From Eledone cirrhosa (Eukaryota): a stretch of 64,000 bases of DNA. Of this stretch, positions 26,332 through 40,315 are shown one piece after another; the stretch's first letter is position 1, and every line of letters begins with the position of its first letter. The notes beneath the pieces are model-generated. The model searched no databases. It was not told the origin of the DNA and saw nothing but the letters and a program-made list of their open reading frames with translations. The stretch is taken from the NCBI GenBank assembly GCA_964016885.1, contig OZ024750.1, positions 3,224,001 to 3,288,000 on the forward strand, in the 5' to 3' direction. The translations under genes and the position numbers were made by a program.

Positions 26332-26424
26332 CAGTGTTTCACCACTTAAGACTTCTAACAGCGAAAGTAGATTACATCCATCAGACAAGTCTTTAAACAA
26401 GTCATTGACGACTGGACGATCAGC
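26332..26424 (-). CDS. DMD: Dystrophin exon 3 equivalent (CH1)
   Basis: ttttccag|GCT...CTG|gtgagt; 93 nt, phase 0-0; ADRPVVNDLFKDLSDGCNLLSLLEVLSGETL. Confidence 0.96.
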
Positions 26425-27953
26425 CTGGAAAAGAAACAAATTTAGAGATGAAAGATAGTTTTATAAACTTCAGAAATATATTTAGAAAATTCTGGGCTGA
26501 AATTAGGAACAATAACCATGGAATACGAAATTAGGTAAAACCCTGGAGACCATTTTAGTTTTATGGAAACAACAAAAAGTGGTATTTAAAAATTGTTTAA
26601 TTTACCAACAGGAAATAGAGTTATTTATTAGGAAATATAATTTTGTTGTGTATTGAACTCGTATTGAGTGTTAACTAATGTGTTGTGTGATTGGTTAATT
26701 ATTTAATTGTTTCTACTTTAGACACAAGGTCAGCAATTACCCAGTACATTATTTAATGACAGCCAATCATATCACAATCAGGTGTTTCAAGGTCAGCAAT
26801 TTTAGGGGAGGAGAAAGTTGATTAAATCAACCCCAGTGTATTACTGGTACTTTATTTTATTGACCCAATAAGGATGAAAGGCAAAGTTAACCTCGGTGGG
26901 ATTTGAACTCAGACCATAAAGGGCTGTGACTCTGTGCTGCAAAGCATAGTGTCTGACGCTCTACCGATTCTGCCAATCCACCAGCCTTATGTTAGGAAAC
27001 AATAACATAAATGTTCAAAAAATATTTAGTGAAAGTTTGAAGAAATCTGATTGAATGTCTGCAAGTGAAGTGTTCAATGATATTTTGAAATAAGACTTAC
27101 ATAGACTAGTGAATGCCAAACACATCTAGAATGGCGCAGCTAAAAGATTTGGATCTAATTAAGAAAAGAACTGAAAATAGATACTGAAGAATCCAACACT
27201 TATAATGGAAAGAAAATTGACTTTCTAACTACAGTATATATTATCAATTACTCTCTCTGACGCTCTCTCTCTCTCTCTCTCTCTCTGCATATGTGTGTGT
27301 GTGTGTGTGTGTGTATACATGTTTATATATATGCATATTTATATATGTATATATATATATGTATGTGTGTGTGTGTCTGTATGTATGTGTGTGTATATAA
27401 GTGTGTGTGTGTGTGTGTGTATGTGTGTGTATGTATTTATATATATGTATATATGATGATGATGGTACGTGTGCGCGTGTGTGTGTATGTGTGTGTGTGT
27501 ATGTGTGTGTCTGTATCTCAGTCCTTCACCAACCTTCAATATCTATTTCTGTCACTATAACGATCCCCTCCAACAGCGAGATACTTAAATATTCTCTCTT
27601 AATGACAGAACTAATAAAGCTCGCAATACAGGAGTTACTTGTTGATTGAAAAGGAAATATAGAAAATTCTACACAAATTTCATAAATAGAAATATTTTTA
27701 TTCTTGAATGCAGTGACCTATCTTATTGAAAAGGTGCCCTCAATTCAACCACAATACTAGATAGAACTTTCTAAAGAGGACCATCTTCAGTCATATTCCA
27801 GGTTCAGATAAAAAAAACAATAAAAAAATTGGCCACCCATTGAATTATAAATCTTAGAGCAGTGAATTGGCAGAATGAGTGGAAAGACAGACAAAATGTC
27901 ATTGCTGAATCCTGGAACAACTCTGTTTTTCATCCTTCCGTTGCCATTGTCGT

Positions 27954-28165
27954 TTAACCCTTTAGCATTTAAACTGACTGTATCTGGCCAGAATTCACTT
28001 CTTTCTGTTCAAACTAACCATACCTGGCCACTCATACTGATCTTAAGGTATTGTTCTCAAAATAAATCATATCAAAGCCTCATAGCTTTGATATTATGTG
28101 AGGTAAAGCCTTTACCACGAAAATACAATAGTATATATAGAGTAATATAAATGGTAAAGGGTTAA
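27954..28165 (+). mobile_element. piggyBac-type MITE family A inserted into the TTAA of a SINE tail
   Basis: TTAA duplicated; the flanks rejoin to ...gtcgtttaatgtccattt...gggttagacagg. Confidence 0.85.
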
Positions 28166-31100
28166 TGTCCATTTCCTTATTCTGGCACGGGTTAGACAGG
28201 TTGTCATGTTATGAGACAAGTCAGATCCAGAAACCATATCTTGCTCATACGGATGTGTAATTTTTTGGTTTCTTTCTACAGCTGGATGCCCTTCTTAACA
28301 CCAACCAATAATAAATTATAAATATCAGTGGGATACTAGGGTCAATTTAAACAATTGCATCCTTCCCCCAAAATATGTGACTTTGGGCCTACATTAGAAT
28401 CAATATATTATAACCGTAATATTCTCTATATCTCTCACTTTCTCTCCTTCTCAGGAAGAAATCTACTGGGGAGTATTTGAGCACCGCCGGGTTTAAAAAG
28501 TGACCTACAAACGCTGCACTCCTACGACTCCTCTTTCATGAGTCACAGAACCATACCATGCACCCTAACAAAACACAAGGATCTGAATATACTAAATCTT
28601 TAGACTTTATATGTACATTTTTAATAAATACTTTCATACAACTTTTCTTTTTTTAACATGACAGCATATCTGAATTGTAGTCAGAAAGTGAACAAAAATT
28701 ATATAAAATTAATATTAAAACATCTTTAAAATACTATAATAATTTTCTTTTTTTTTTTTAAAAAAAAGGGACAAATTCAATGTAAGAAAAATTTGAAGAT
28801 GATGATCATGTGATGTTAAAATACTAGTAAGATTTCCTTTAAAATCTTACTTTATGTTCTAAGCAGATTTTTGTAATAGAAAAAAGTCTGAGTAAAAAAT
28901 ATTGACTAAGTATTTAGCTGTTTTATAGGCTTGATTCAACAGCTGGATTAGTTGAAAACATAACTGAAATTACTTGCTAAGCCTTGTCTATGTCCTTAAA
29001 ATATTTGGAGATTATTTTCTGCTATATAACATTATAAATATAGTGTAAATATTCATTGTAAAAGAAATAAAACTCCACTAAGTAGTAGTTTGAAATAAAA
29101 ATATTCTGCAAGAAAAACAATTACGTTATGTTTGTTTTTTAAATATCATTTACAAAATATAAAGTGTGAAATTATGATTACTGTAGATATTTGGAGATAA
29201 GTAGTAGTTTTTTTAGTTTAAAAAAAATTAAATAATAGAGTCAAAATATCAAGATATAAAGACAATGGAAGCATGATTTGTCTCATGTTGTGACATGTAT
29301 ACAAATATATACAGAATTTTCAAATAACAGAATAAGTTGTAATGAGATTAATTTGAATTTCAAATAGCTTATTATGTAAAACATTATATTTCACTGGATT
29401 TAAGGAAACTTTCCTGAGGCCTTAACATCAAATGCTGTCATTGTTTTTCAATGTTCAATTTAGGTAAAATTGGGCAATCTAAATCTGGTATTTTGTTTAA
29501 CCCTCTTGATGCCAAACTGCCTGAAACCAGTCCTAGTTCTATGATACTAAACTGTTTTATAGTTAATACAAAACATTATAAAGGACCAATATTTTTCAAA
29601 AAGCCGGTACAATATGGTAGAAATATATAAAAGGCAAATGATGAGAAAACAAAGTAATGTTTTACCCAGCATATTTCAGGGCTAATATTCCTCTATTCAA
29701 ACATGAAGCTGAAACAGTTCAAAACAAAACAGTCAATGTATTCTAAACTGTTTGTTTTAAAGTATTCATATTTATCTAAAAAACCTTTCGTCATCATTTT
29801 ATTTAAGAACCTTTGTTAAGTTATGTTCGAAACACCAGATTAATAACAAGTTAGTTATATTACTAAATACCCAAAGTTCTTGATTATTTTGAAAATTATT
29901 TGAAAATCACAGGCAATGTCTTTCAGTAGAAATATCATAATGAAAGAATTAATGGTGACACTGAAATGTTTAATTACATAGAAAATGGAAAAGATATCAT
30001 TCTATGTCATCATCATCATTTTACGTCCGCTTTTCCCTGCTTGCAAGATAATCAGTGAAGCTGATATAATATTACATTACAACAATAAAGGATATGATTA
30101 AAACTTGCTAACACAGGTTGGCACCTCTGATACACTATCAGCAATATAACACAATTCTGTATTTACTTTCTCCTAACACTGTGTCTGTTTATAACCACAT
30201 CTAATTTAGAAACAGATTAGAATCAAGCAGAATAAATGTGACAACGATATTCCCACTTCATTTCAATTGACTTTAGCATGTTAAAATGTCCAATCTTACA
30301 GTGTCTTGTGGTAATATAGTTTTGGGAAAGTCAGCTTGTTCATACCAAAATTATCATGACTCATACACTGTTCAATTTCCTGACATTTGTACATTATTCT
30401 ATGTACTATACATGCACCTTTGATGAATTGTAGTGCACCCGAGTACTGTACACAATAATTTCATTATTATTATTATTATTATTATTAATTCAATCTGACA
30501 GTGTCTTGTGGTAATATAGTTCTTGAAAGGTCAGCTCGGTTGTACTAAACTTACTAATCTTGATATTTACATGGCTGTTGTTAGTGAGACTTGACACATT
30601 TGTAACAACTGATTCATGTTTTTATTAGAAAAAGCTACATCCAAGTTCTTTTTCTTCTAAAGTCATCCCTCCAGCGGTAGAAATCAGGCACCAAAAATGG
30701 AACATATGAGGCACAAGACATGGTTCAACTCCCCCACCTGGCCTGTGTACATATGTATATGAAAGCGTGAGTATGCATGTGTATATGAGAATGTGTGCAT
30801 GTCCTGTCTTAAGCCGTGTCAACTGGTCCAACTCATGCTAGCATGGAAATTGAACATATGATGATGATGATGATATATGTGTATGTATGCATGTATGTGT
30901 GTATACATACACACACACACTCATACAATGCTCCAAAAGTCAACAAGGAGATTGAAATATTAATAAATTAATTTAAAATAATTAACATCTTTAAATTCTA
31001 TTGGAAACTGTTTCTGTGTGTATATTATGTTATATATTTACATTATTGGAAGATTTTAATCAATGAAATTATGAAAATGAATGGTTTTAATCCATACAGA

Positions 31101-32263
31101 AGTTAAATATGGCAGCCTACCAATAAAACTGTTGATAGTCTACACTTGAGTTAGAAATTAAAGATCTGAAATACTTCTGATCTTATCTGGAAAAAAATCA
31201 AACACTGAGGAGAGATTTCTTACATACATACTACCACTTCTACTACTACTACCACTTCTACCACTTCTACTAGCACAACTACTACCACCACCACCACTAC
31301 TACCACCACCACCACTTCTACTACCACCACCACTACACACACAGACACACACACATACACAGAGAGACACACCACACACACAGTGTTCTACAATGAAATA
31401 AGTTTGATATCCACTACAGTATATGTTACATCACAAATCCCACATTCAACTTTATGTTTTCTCTTTATTATCCACAACATCTAATATAAACCAGCCTTTC
31501 ATCTGTAGATCATGGTAAGTCTGGTAATTACTATGTCTAGACAATACAACGCAGCAGTTTTAGTTGTCTGGTGCCACAACAACTGACGGAACTATCAGTA
31601 ACTAATAGACAACTAATTTGGCTTATTTCAAAACCAACAAAACTTAATGAAGTGTGGACAGACCTCCGTTAAGATCTCAGAACATGTCGGTGTATGAACA
31701 GTATGTCACTTCATTATTTTCCACAACAATGAACGCAAATTAATAACACTGAATTAATATATCTAATTATGTAGATAATAAATGATAATTACATAATATC
31801 ATTATTATCATTCAAACATCTAAAATATCATATGCATGCATGCACACATACATAGGTACAAGCATGTATGCACACACATGCATGCATACAAATACATGTA
31901 CGCACAAGTACACAAGCACACATACACAAATCAAAAGATATATGTATATATATATTTTGATTTGAATTATCTGGAGTGGTTGAGAATCAATATGAAGGAG
32001 TTTTAACGAAGAAAGAAAAAATAATTTAACCTTTAACTTATTTACAGATGTTTTGATAATCCAAAACAGAGAAAGCAGGCTTTGCTAACATCAATTTTTG
32101 TACATGTTATAAAGATCTTTTATATATATAGGTGTGTTTTTCAAACCCTCTTTTTTTTAAAATCATTTTCCTTATATAATGTGATCTGTATAGAACATTT
32201 TGTAATGTCCACACTTTTTTCACTATATATATATTACATGTATACATTAAATATAATATCTAA

Positions 32264-33120
32264 TCTATATATATAAAACTGTGGTTGTCTGTCTGTCTAT
32301 CGATTTTTGGCACACATCTCCTCTTAGAATCTCTCACGGAATTGCACCGAAATTGCTATACTTGTACATTGAGCCCTAGCGAAGACATCGGGAAAAAAAT
32401 ATTTCAAATTGACCCACCCTATGTGACGAAATCGAATATAATGTATCGATTTTTGAGCGTAAGTTATCAGTTATTTCCCTTTGTTCTGTTTACATTGAGC
32501 GTCTTACGTAAAAAATTACGCTGGCTTTAACAGTTGTCGAGCCAGCAAAATATTGACCTGCAAAATTCATCAGTTCGAACACTAAGCTTCCGTTTTGCTT
32601 CATTTCCATTTAAAAGCATTTTAAAACAATATTTTTACTTGAAAACAAGTCTATTTAAAGACTACGTAAAACAAGCAAATATTTCGTCGTTAGGCGTGCA
32701 GACAGATAGTCGTGCAGAGAGGTGATATACGCGTGCAGACAGACAGTCGTGCAGAGAGGTGATATAGGCGTGCAGACAGACAGTCGTGCAGAGAGGTGAT
32801 ATAGGCGTGCAGACAGACATAACTGATAATTTGGTTACGCTAATGGTTTTCTCTGCGTTGCAGTGTTTACATTTTCGATCTTTGTTAATAACCAGTGCAG
32901 TTTCTATCCCCAGCATCCTCTTTTGTTATAACATTCGGGTTATCGTTATGTTTTCTTAACTTCATAAGGCATATTGTTGGTTGAGGGAATATTAATCAAA
33001 AACACCACATGCAAGTCTGCACAGTAGACACTACAGTTTTTAAGCCAAAAAAGAAACTTAACGTTGTAACTTTAACACAGCTACTGAGCGACCCCGAGCA
33101 ACGCCGGTCTTTACTGCTAG
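32264..33120 (+). mobile_element. Non-autonomous Helitron-like element
   Basis: Inserted at A|T with no TSD; 5' TCTATATATATAAAACTG followed by (gtct)n; 3' GC-rich hairpin ccccgagcaacgccgg followed by CTAG; internal 37-bp repeat x3.4 (32694-32819); CpG-rich relative to flanks. Confidence 0.82.
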
Positions 33121-34106
33121 TATATTATATATGCCAAGAGTAAAAGAGAAACCAATTGGAGGCAGTGTTTTTTGCTGCTAACAATAACTAGTACAATGGC
33201 TGTGATCAGCAAATGTAAAATATGTAATGGCTAGCAAGTAAACAAATCATCAGTTATTTTAGACTGGCCAAATTGAGATATACAATTGAGATATGAAATA
33301 TGCAAGCCTCAAACATATGCCAGCAGCTATCAACTCTTCAAAATAATAGCATTAATCAAATGCAAAATAAATTAAGGGGAAACTACATTAATAATGTAAG
33401 GATATTTTCTAAATGCATCAACATTATCACAATCTTTTCATTCTTCACAAACACCTATCAAACAGGAATGACTTTTCTATGGCTGAAAAAAACAACAACT
33501 ATTTATACACCTGCATTATATAGATAGATGTCTGTGAGCTGTTTATATTTAAAATAACAAAGGAAAAACTGATAATACTGATATTATAGAAAGTAACTAG
33601 ATCAAGTTTTTTTCTATTTAAAACAAGGAGGTAAAAACCTCATTTTTTCCCACTAGTTTCTTATAAGATTAGAAATCATATCATCATCATTGTCATCGTT
33701 TTTATGTTTGCTTTCCATGTTGGACATGTTGTCACATCCAGAGATCAGATTGGTTCGAAGAACAACCTCATTTTGCTCATATGTTCCAAACACCAGCTAC
33801 CTTACACTGTGTACTGGGTGCATTTGTTTTGTGGCACAAACACTAGAGAGGTTGTCACATGTTCATCTCGACTGAAGAGACCCTTTAGACCCTATACTGA
33901 TGCTGTTCAACTACCAAACACTGTAGCCTCCAGCCTCTCATATCTTAAACAATTAGGTTGGCACAGTTGCAGAATGACAGAATTCACAAGCACCAAAACT
34001 CCCTAAGTTCACTTTCCAATATAGTTCAATGTTCAATACTCAATAGAGTGATTACTAGAAGTAATAAAACTAAATATATCCCAGTTTTCCTGAGATTACC
34101 AGCTAC

Positions 34107-34344
34107 TTAACTCTTTAGTTGCCAACTTGGCCAAAACCAGTTCTGATGCTATGAAATAAAATCACGGATTTTAAAGGCTTCCAATTTATATTAAAATCTT
34201 CCAACAATTTTATATAAGAACCTTACATTAAGATACAATCTTAGTAATGAAATAATTGATAATTTTCGTAAATCCTTCAAAATTCTTCATTACTTAATTG
34301 AAATCGAGTGTATTTCATTAGAAATATGGTCACTAAAGTGTTAA
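34107..34344 (+). mobile_element. piggyBac-type MITE family B
   Basis: TTAA flanks, short TIRs; inverted relative to the copy at 34710. Confidence 0.8.
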
Positions 34345-34709
34345 ATGATATAGTTTGAACTAAGTTTGTCAAGAATTTGCCAAGACACTGACACAATAGA
34401 GGAAGATATAGTATTAATTACTGGTACTTAATGTATGAAACTTAACAGGATAAAAGGAATTTGCATTCAGAAACAATGATTCCAACCATGTTTCACAAAT
34501 CTAGAATCCAGACTCCATAAAAATAGATTAACAGCAACACTTAACAAATCCCCCCCCCCCTCCCCATCTGATTCTATAGTTGCCAAGAATACAATAGAGC
34601 ATTATCTTACATCTCCAGTTACATTTAATGAAACAATACCCCTAACACAAAAGGACAAATTTCTAGTTATCGTCAACAACATTTTAATACTTTTGATAAC
34701 AAGCCTGCA

Positions 34710-34946
34710 TTAACCCTTTCGTGACCATATTTCTAATGAAACACACACTGTTTTAATTAATTAATGAAGAATTTCGAGGGATTTACTAAAACTGTTAATT
34801 ATTTCATTACTAAGATAGTAACTTAATAAAGTTCTATATAAAATTATGTTGAAAGATTTGAATTTAAATTGGAAACCTTTAAAATGGGTGATTTTATTTC
34901 ATAGAACCAGAGCTGGTTTTGGCCAGGTTGGTAACTAAAGGGTTAA
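34710..34946 (-). mobile_element. piggyBac-type MITE family B (inverted)
   Basis: TTAA-CCCTTTCGTGACC...GGTAACTAAAGGG-TTAA; reverse complement of 34107-34344. Confidence 0.8.
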
Positions 34947-35111
34947 ATGTGGTGTTTACAGTTGGATGGAATGCTTTATTGTTGAGAGTTTCTGTGCTTG
35001 GAACCAAATTCAACACTGGTCCCATGCTATAAATTGATGAACTTCATAAATGTATTGCAATGGTGATTTGTTTTAAAAAAAACATATTTACAATGATGAT
35101 TTCTGACTAGG

Positions 35112-35281
35112 AAAAATAGTCTAACAAATTTGACATAAAAGTCCCTGGGTGGAGAAAAGGTTGACAGCATTGCCAGAGGGACAAAAACTCACATCTGAGA
35201 TGTGAGTTCAAGTCCTACAGGCAATGCTGTCAACTTTTTTCCATCCGGGGACTTTTATGCCCAATTTGTTAGACTATTTTT
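35112..35281. repeat. ~170-bp imperfect palindrome (foldback)
   Basis: aaaaatagtctaacaaatt...ttgacagcattgcc mirrors ggcaatgctgtcaa...aatttgttagactattttt; central aactcacatct-g-agatgtgagtt. Confidence 0.92.
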
Positions 35282-37610
35282 CACAGTAAAATAAAATTTA
35301 AGAAGTATGTTGAAACTTGTAAATCTCCAATTTTGGAGAGTATGACTAGCATTTCTCTACACTGGCTGTAAAGCCTGAGTGATAGTTATTGACTCTAAAA
35401 CTACTCTGGCAATTTATCGTATCTACTCTTCAAATAATGGTGATGCAATAAATGCAGTAAAAGAGTAGAAAGTGTGGAAATTGTGTATTAATAAAACACA
35501 CAGACAACATTTCAACTATTTTCTGGAATCTTCCTGTCTTGATTACCAAGCATCTAATTAATAATCAAATTTTTCTTTTTTAAACAAAGTTATCTCAATT
35601 TATTTTTCGTAGTACTATTAGTATTTGTAGTAGTAGAGTATTTTGCCAACAAAAAGTAAAAACTCAAGAAAAATGGATGTAAAAACAGGATAATTTTCAA
35701 CAAATATTAGAAACATCCATAATGATAAATGTAAAAAGAAGAAACTATAGCATATCTTTAGATACTTTTATAAAGAGACAACGGGCTATAAAATGCTTCA
35801 TGAGCAAATGTATCATCTCCGAGGTGGCAACTTATACTCGATAAAATGACATAATTCACCAAATAAATGTTATTTTAAACCTCCTCAGATATAGATATTC
35901 ATCATATTTCTCCTCACTATTGTGAAACAGATGTAAAAGAAGAAGAAAAAACACCTTTGCTGAAACTGTACCCCATACTGCATAATAAGTAAACAGGAAA
36001 TGCTCTCAGCATGAAACACTAGTATAATAAAACAAAACAGACTAACTAGAGATTTATTTTAGGAATCCAGATGGCTTTTTTTTTCCTAAACATTTCAACA
36101 TTAGTAGTGAAGATTAATATATGCTCTAAAAATGTATAGAACACATTAGCAGATCAAATAACAAAGCTATCAGAGATAACCTTTCAATAGGAATTTACCT
36201 GAAAATAGAGCCATCATTCAAATATATTTTATATATTTTTCAATACTGACATGGCTTAAACCAAGTTAAAAAAGGAATACAGATATTGTGAAGTAAATTT
36301 GTGAAGATCATCATCATCATCATCATTTATATAACTGTTTTTTCATGCTAGCATGGGTTGGATGAGACCTATTTTTGCAGCTATATTCTATAGTCAGTTA
36401 CTCTGAGAGAGTCCTCAAACACTCCTTCCAGAGGTTCCTGTCAGAAGCAACCGTCTCCAACTGATCTGGCTGAATCCCCAAGCAAGACCAGCCAAGCTCA
36501 TGTATGTTATCCAACCATCTTGCTTGGAGTCTCCCCCTGGATCTCCTGCTGGTTGAAATCTGTCCAGCAATTATTTCCTAGAACCAGAGCTGTGATCTCT
36601 CAATTCGGAGAATCTCCAAGCTACGCACTCTATCGAGTAACATTACTCCGGAGACCTTTCTAAACCAAGTAATAATATTCAGTAATTTTGTTTTAAACTA
36701 TTGATATGTTTCTCATATTTCAATGAATACTGGATGTGAAATTTAAATATTAGTAACACCAACATTGTACAATGGTATCAAACAAATAAACAACAATTCA
36801 TTAAACTATACTTTGAACTGAATACCCAAATAGCATTAATTAGGTGTAATAGTAATAAAACATTTGGTTTTGTTTGCCAAAACCTTTTGCTTTTGTTTGC
36901 TGGAAGTACTTCACAAAAATCTTCAGTTTTGTGAGACCCCTAACGAGTATCTGTTTTAGAGATACTAATTTGATTGTTTTTTTACAATATTTTTACTTTT
37001 AATCCCAAAATGAGTGGGCCCATACAATTTTAATGTGTAGTGAGGAAGAACCCTTTTGTTTTGTCAATTCTAAAGATAAAATTCAAGTGTTTATTGTGGT
37101 AGTATTGTTGCAGTAATAAAAACAAAAACAAACAAAAAAAGACAATGTTGAACCACCATTCTTAGTCTAATCACATATCTTTTAATAACAGCCACCCACT
37201 TAAATCCAAAATACAACAGAAAATAGATCAATTAAAATCACGTCTATGAATCCAGCAGTCAGCTTTTACAAGAAACATAATGAAATCTAAAAATGCCACA
37301 CTGCTTCTTTCAAAATTTCTCACTTGAGGGGGAAAAGACAACAAAAAAAAACATGTCAGATGATGATTTGTAAAAGAAGATTTTCTGAGTGGCTGTGAGC
37401 TTATTTAAAGGATATACTAACAAGTCTGAGCTTATATTAGTGATACAAAACTTACAATTAATTGGTAATACCATTACATAAAGAATATACATGCTGTTTT
37501 AACTGACAAAGGGTGAATTGATCTCACACTTTGATGGTAGATTAGATGGAGATGAGTTTATTGTTAGGTAAGAATGGTATTTAATGATATTTATATAAAC
37601 AAAGAGATAT

Positions 37611-37835
37611 TTAACCCTTTAGCATTTACATTACTCTATATTTACTATTGTATTTTCACCGTAAACACTTTATCTTACATAATATCTCCCATAATATCGA
37701 ATCTATGAGATTTTGATATTTATTTTGAGAACAATACCTTAACATGGGCATGAGTGGCTGGTTACGGCCGGTTTGAACAGAAAGAGATGAGAGAATTCTG
37801 GCCAGATATGACCGGTTTAAATGCTAAAGAGTTAA
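37611..37835 (-). mobile_element. piggyBac-type MITE family A (reverse orientation)
   Basis: TTAA-CCCTTTAGCATTTA...TAAATGCTAAAGAG-TTAA. Confidence 0.87.
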
Positions 37836-38897
37836 TGTTACAGTTAACTATCCTTGCTTAGAGAACATCAGCCCCTTCGTTAAATGCCTCAATCAAAAAC
37901 ACATCTATGTAGCCTCCACCTCAACAACTGTCTAACAATTATTGATATTAATCTACTTATTCACTCTGGAAATCTTGCCTCTTAAACTCTTTTGATACCA
38001 AAATACCTGAAACTGTCCTCGTTTTATAATACAAACCCTGCCCCTCATTTTAAAATATTCATATTTATATTAAAATCTTCAATCAAAACATTTTAAAGAA
38101 ATTTTTGTAATTTTCCAAATATCAGCTTAATAATGAAAAGACTCATTATTCTATTAAATTCTTCCAAATTTTCAATGTAGTGTATTTCATTAGAAATAAG
38201 GTAACAAAAGGATTACAGTCGTACATCACGCATTAATTACATAGCCTGATGTTATCCAGAGGAAGTACATCAGGTCTGACGACTAGTAACTTTAAGAGGT
38301 ACTACAATCAACAATGTCATCTGTCAGCAGAAGTGGACATTACTTCTGTAAAATGTAAGCCAGCTGAACATCCTGAGCTAAGCTGTGATTTATTACAGCT
38401 TAGTAGACTGTCTTTGGGTTTTCCTGCAATATTTACTTGTCTTCACCAATACAAACCAAGCATACTAATGACCAATAAGGAGTGGTTTTACTAGAAACAT
38501 ATAATTACATCTTCAACTATGAAAGGCGGAGAATACAGGATTACAGATGTTTCAGATGTGTGTGAAATTTTAACTAAGGTACCAGTGGATCAATAACTGT
38601 TTGGCCTATCAATACTCTACACAATATATGAAAGGTTTTTTTACTTTGTGTGTGTACACAAGTGCGTATGTACACAGGTGTGTACACACGTGTGTGTGTG
38701 TTCAGTCAAGTATGGAATTTTCAAAGTGTGTACAAATATATATATACATACATATATATATATATATATCATCATCATCGTTTAACGTCCATTCCCCCCC
38801 CCTCTAGCATTATATGTTATTTCAAGCGTTAAACTAATATATTTCTTCATTGTATTGTCTTGTTTGCTTTGTTATTTCTGTTTACTTTTTGCATACA

Positions 38898-38942
<45 letters not shown>

Positions 38943-39300
38943 CATCGTCTTCATTGTACATCTGCTTTCCATGTTAGAATTTGTTGGACTGAGTAATGAG
39001 AGAGAGAGGGGGGGGGGGGCAATAAAATAAAAAAACAAGGGTGATGGATAGATGGAATGTAATGTCATAACTGGTTAGAAGGTCAGTGTGATGGGAAACA
39101 GAAAGACTGACAGTAAGGAGGAATAGGGGGAGGGGGAATAATAGGAGGCAGAGGGAAGAGAGCCATGAATGGTGGGGAGGGGGATGGTATATGGAGATTT
39201 AATAGGAACATAATGGGTAACAGAGACCCAAATGTAGATATTCTAAACTATATCAATACGTCACCATTCTTACATACTTTTATTATTTTTTACCATGCTA

Positions 39301-40155
39301 GGGCGGTGGATTGGCAGTATCGGTAGAGGGTCGGACGCCATGCTAGGGTGGTGGATTGGCAGTATCGGTAGAGGGTCTGACGCCATGCTAGGGCGGTGGA
39401 TTGGCAGCATCGGTAGAGGGTCGGACGCCATGCTAGGGCGGTAGATTGGCAGTATCGGTAGAGGGTTGGACGCCATGCTAGGGCGGTGGATTGGCAGCAT
39501 CGGTAGAAGGTTGGACGCCATGCTAGGGCGGTGGATTGGCAGTATCGGTAGAGGGTTGGACGCCATGCTAGGGCGGTGGATTGGCAGTATCGGTAGAGGG
39601 TTGGACGCCATGCTAGGGCGGTGGATTGGCAGTATCGGTAGAGGGTTGGACGCCATGCTAGGGCGGTGGATTGGCAGCATCGGTAGAAGGTTGGACGCCA
39701 TGCTAGGGCGGTGGATTGGCAGTATCGGTAGAGGGTTGGACGCCATGCTAGGGCGGTGGATTGGCAGTATCGGTAGAGGGTTGGACGCCATGCTAGGGCG
39801 GTGGATTGGCAGTATCGGTAGAGGGTCTGACGCCATGCTAGGGCGGTGGATTGGCAGCATCGGTAGAGGGTCGGACGCCATGCTAGGGCGGTAGATTGGC
39901 AGTATCGGTAGAGGGTTGGACGCCATGCTAGGGCGGTGGATTGGCAGCATCGGTAGAGGGTCGGACGCCATGCTAGGGCGGTAGATTGGCAGTATCGGTA
40001 GAGGGTTGGACGCCATGCTAGGGCGGTGGATTGGCAGCATCGGTAGAGGGTTGGACGCCATGCTAGGGCGGTGGATTGGCAGTATCGGTAGAGGGTTGGA
40101 CACCATGCTAGGGCGGTGGATTGGCAGTATCGGTAGAGGGTTGGACGCCATGCTT
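39301..40155 (+). repeat. 45-bp minisatellite x19 made of the SINE family 1 head
   Basis: gggcggtggattggcagtatcggtagagggttggacgccatgcta. Confidence 0.98.
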
Positions 40156-40300
40156 TCGAGCATAGTTACGTCCCTTTATGATCTGAGTTCAAATCCCGCC
40201 GAGGTTAACTTTGCCTTTCATCCTTACGGGGTTGATAAAATAAAGTACCAGTAATGCACTGGGTAATTGCTGGCCTTGTGCCTAAAGTAGAAACAATTAT
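40111..40300 (+). mobile_element. Full-length SINE family 1 at the end of the 45-bp array
   Basis: Nearly identical to 61139-61329. Confidence 0.9.
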
Positions 40301-40315
40301 TTTTAACCATGCTTG

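Noticed and set aside
27101-27154. Exon-like segment with a gtaagt donor in intron 2
   Set aside because: In-frame stop or wrong phase relative to the flanking exons; no homology
27184-27225. CTGAAGA...GAAA hammerhead-like string
   Set aside because: Stem I does not pair and stem II is not adjacent to the core
39270-40254. 297-aa Pro-rich ORF and overlapping ORFs
   Set aside because: Translation of the 45-bp SINE-head array
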